DNA of 63,022 nucleotides from Perkinsus olseni (Eukaryota): positions 1 to 63,022 of the forward strand of contig JABANN010000140.1 in NCBI GenBank assembly GCA_013115125.1, written 5' to 3'. A program made the position numbers and the translations under genes. The notes under the pieces were generated by a model, which saw nothing but the letters and a program-made list of their open reading frames with translations, had not been told where the DNA came from and made no database searches. Every line of letters begins with the position of its first letter. Position 1 is the stretch's first letter. This document shows, piece after piece, positions 60,101 through 63,022 of this stretch.

Positions 60101-61300
60101 AGTCATGCAGGTGGACGCGGAGAACATCGTCAGCTTCGCGAAGGAGCTCGGGGTCGGCGGCACATGGCCATTGCTGCCTCCTGGAATGCACGCTTGTACA
60201 CCTGCCTCTCAGTTACCTATGAAGGAGGTCACTCCAGAGGCTGGTGAGTCCGCTTGATCTCAACGTGCCTGGGCGTGACTGGTAATTGATGCTTTCCTTT
60301 GCAGCCATGGATGTCCTGCGGAGGGCTTCTCACGAGAAGAAAAGCCTACTGCGCAACTCTCTGCCTTCTTGCCTGTACCAACGGGGCGGTTGGTTATCAG
60401 CAGGAACTCTGCCCCCTCGCGGTTTCTACGACTTGAGGCCGTCCTTTATTACTGCCTGTTGTCTAGGCTTCCCCCGGTACCTCTGACTCCTTTAGACCGC
60501 TTCCTCATCTGCCTTCCCGGTATCGACTGAGTCCAGAAGGTACCAGCAGTGGGTCGGACAGCCCTGCTCCGATGGGAAGTACTTCCCTGGAAAGGACCGG
60601 CGACTCACCCATCAGGAGTGAGACGAAGTTTCTTGTAGCCCAGAACATGAGCCCTCCTTTACTCAGGTCGGAGTAGGGTTCGCTCGGCGATGCACAGCAA
60701 AGCTGATAGAACTTCACACATGTTTGACTTCTCTTCATCGGTGGTGCGAAGATCCTTCCCGACTGAGGTTGCACAAACTGAGCCACCTCGAGAAGCTGTG
60801 CGCGAATCGGCATCGTTCGAGCTCGGGACTAGTAAGTAGCCCCGGCGATCCCGACGCCTGACAGCTTCGGGCTCCTTTCATTAGATCCTCGACCAAGTGA
60901 CATGACTCTCCCTGTGGTAGGTGTCGTCTCCGCGTGACCACGGGGAGCCTTCTTTTTTAGTTACGGGATGATTCCCCAGCCCGCGCGTCGCAGCCGTCCG
61001 CCATCCTCGAAGGTGATGTCTCGACTATAGAGGCTGTCAGCTCTTCACACCTTCTCCCGCTCGATGAGAAACCTCGTTGGACATATTCGAATTCGTGTTT
61101 AAGCTACTTTGAGTTGGCCGTGAGATTCGGGTGTCTGTCAAACTTGATTCAAACGGTAACGGAGTCATTTCCTACTCGAATTCAAGTACTTTCCGATGCG
61201 GGCTCGACAAACTCTGAGGATCTCAGCGGATGTTCACCAGAGCCCCGGAGATCCTTTCAAATACACTGTCCGAACTTTCTGCTCGCTCCGGGAGATATGT
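57200..61300 (+). pseudogene. Degenerate long coding-like region (unclassified pseudogene or decayed element)
   Basis: Successive plus-strand protein-like fragments (e.g. 57382-57603, 58727-59077, 60057-60257) broken by stops and frameshifts; no motif identified. Confidence 0.3.
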
Positions 61301-61519
61301 AGCAAATAGGGAGCGAAAGAGGGAGCATGTGTCGCTTGATGTCGCGCTGCCGAAATAGTGGTCGAAAGTGTTGGAATGGTGCACCCATTCGAGTGATTTG
61401 ACATGCGTTTTTTTCGTAATTGACATAGCGTCGAGAGTGCGAACTCATCAATCTCCCCGAACTGATTGCAACCTTCAACTGTGGACGGGAGAATGTGGCA
61501 TGCTGTGAGGTACCGATAC

Positions 61520-61880
61520 GGCAGCTCTGTTGGCTATGCTGCGTGAACAGCGAGACCTCAATAAGTCTCTGCTGGAGGAACTCCGTCAGAGCCGGGAACA
61601 GGTCCGTGAAACACCCGTTGCTCTCGAGAAAGCGCCGTTTCATCTCTCGGCCGATCGGCTGAGTGACTGAATCGCGTCTTCGTTCCAATACTCTCGAAGG
61701 TTGTCAACTGCGTAGTGATCAGTTTGCTGCGGCGATCACGGCCCGTGACCAAGAGCAAGTAGTGGTGGAAGCGGTCGATGCCGCACAGCGAGATCGGGAG
61801 AGACAGCTGCAGGCGATGAAGCACGAGCAGTATCTCAAGTCTCTTTCTCGTATCGGAACTACATTGTCCCCCGGAAAAGG
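61520..61880 (+). mobile_element. Possible gag-like coiled-coil remnant
   Basis: AALLAMLREQRDLNKSLLEELRQSREQ, then a frameshifted QVVVEAVDAAQRDRERQLQAMKHEQYLKSL; the assignment is inference. Confidence 0.3.
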
Positions 61881-62437
61881 TAAGTTCTCTCAGTATTTCT
61901 GCCCACTCATTTCCCGGTCATTCTCGGAAGCGAAACTTCCAGCGCGTCATCCATCTAACCGGAGCGGGATTGCCGGCTCTCTAACGGCAAGACCGGCTGT
62001 GGAGACGCCCATGCTGAAGACTCTACTCCAGCGTGAGGCTCTGTGGAGGCCCTTAGATGTGAGTGCCTCGGCCCATTGTGCCTGGATATATGGCTGCTTG
62101 TTGAGCAGGGGGATAGCGCCCCAACCTCGTACGTTACTACGTCTCGTACCGATTACAACGTGTCCAATCTCCGGGCTATGGACAACCTATTTGATGATAT
62201 GAGGCGTGGTGATGCATGAATACTGGACTGCCACTGAGCCGGCTGTACTCCGGGAGCGAGAAATTGTGTCGAGTTACGGGATACAGTACGGTCGAAATAC
62301 TGTCCGATGGGAAATTTTCCTTGCGACGAGGATCATTTCTCAATCCCGAATTTCTCGTTGACACCTCTGAGAAGAGGTAAGAAATTTCTGGTCGATTCGT
62401 GTCCTTCATGTGGTTATATTCCGGTTATTTTGCCACC

Positions 62438-62500
62438 GGTGTTTCATCTGAACGTGACTCCGTAAGGTGACCTTACGGAGTCACGTTCAGATGAAACACC
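62438..62500. repeat. Perfect 63-bp palindrome (31-bp arms, 1-nt centre)
   Basis: GGTGTTTCATCTGAACGTGACTCCGTAAGGT-G-ACCTTACGGAGTCACGTTCAGATGAAACACC. Confidence 0.98.
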
Positions 62501-62610
62501 TTACTAAGGTCCATTTTCCCGCGGTGTTTTCGCCGGCGACGGTCTGTTGGGAGTGTCTCTGGTCCAGCTGCCATGACAGCGAGGCCGATCTCGATTCTCG
62601 GTTCGGGTAG

Positions 62611-62862
62611 CTACTTGTCCGCTGGATGGAACCTATAACTACGGGGATCGGGAGTTGAGGCAGTGAGGGTAGCGAGGGATACCGCGACATTCTCTACCAT
62701 CGGCATTCGGCCTCGTGGGAACGCGTTTAGTAAACTGCCACTATCCAAGATCGTGGTGATGCGCTTGTCAGGCTTCTGATCACAGTGATAGAAGGATGAA
62801 TGTCCAGCGCAGCGGTCATCCACTCCGACGCGGGAGTCTTCCACTGTGGGGTCCGAACCCAC
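62611..62862 (-). mobile_element. Retropepsin-like (LTR retrotransposon protease) remnant
   Basis: RITTILDSGSLLNAFP resembles the hydrophobic-LD(S/T)G(A/S) aspartic protease active-site motif; neighbouring frames are broken. Confidence 0.45.
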
Positions 62863-63022
62863 GCGGACCGTGTCCAGTGGATCTGAAGTCTACCCCCTTG
62901 ACTACTCGGGCAAACACTCGTGGCGGACATGGCTTTGACAGGATTTCCCCGAGTAATTCGAATACCCACGGGCTGTGTGAGGATCTCAATTTCTTCTGGT
63001 AAACCTCTGGACAGGTCGCCTA

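Overview
Gene-dense eukaryotic genomic DNA with many short (mostly ~40-70 nt) GT-AG introns, very short intergenic gaps and long same-strand gene runs. The style and gene content suggest a myzozoan alveolate, most likely Perkinsus (inference, not verified). About 20 protein genes can be reconstructed: an HPR/RAP-type helical-repeat protein, NAP1, DUF179/AlgH, PEX19, a ZGRF1-like helicase, two PTS1-bearing Nudix hydrolases, RSPH9, a HECT ligase, an Hsp110-TPR fusion, a TTLL, a multi-KH protein, BUB3, an SLC35 transporter, UBX and RING proteins, and several hypotheticals. There is also one tRNA-Ala(AGC) and two degenerate mobile-element zones (~13.6-18 kb and ~57-63 kb). The most striking items are: (i) two tandem paralogous coiled-coil polyproteins punctuated by about 14 S-Phi-X-E/Q motifs like the apicomplexan rhoptry maturation site; (ii) an intron-containing, RT-less Penelope-type GIY-YIG endonuclease with an N-terminal signal sequence; (iii) an Hsp110 lacking the beta substrate-binding domain but fused to a carboxylate-clamp TPR; (iv) a perfect 63-bp palindrome; (v) a ~500-nt hairpin- and motif-rich non-coding segment. 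Exon boundaries were read by eye and CDS coordinates span introns.
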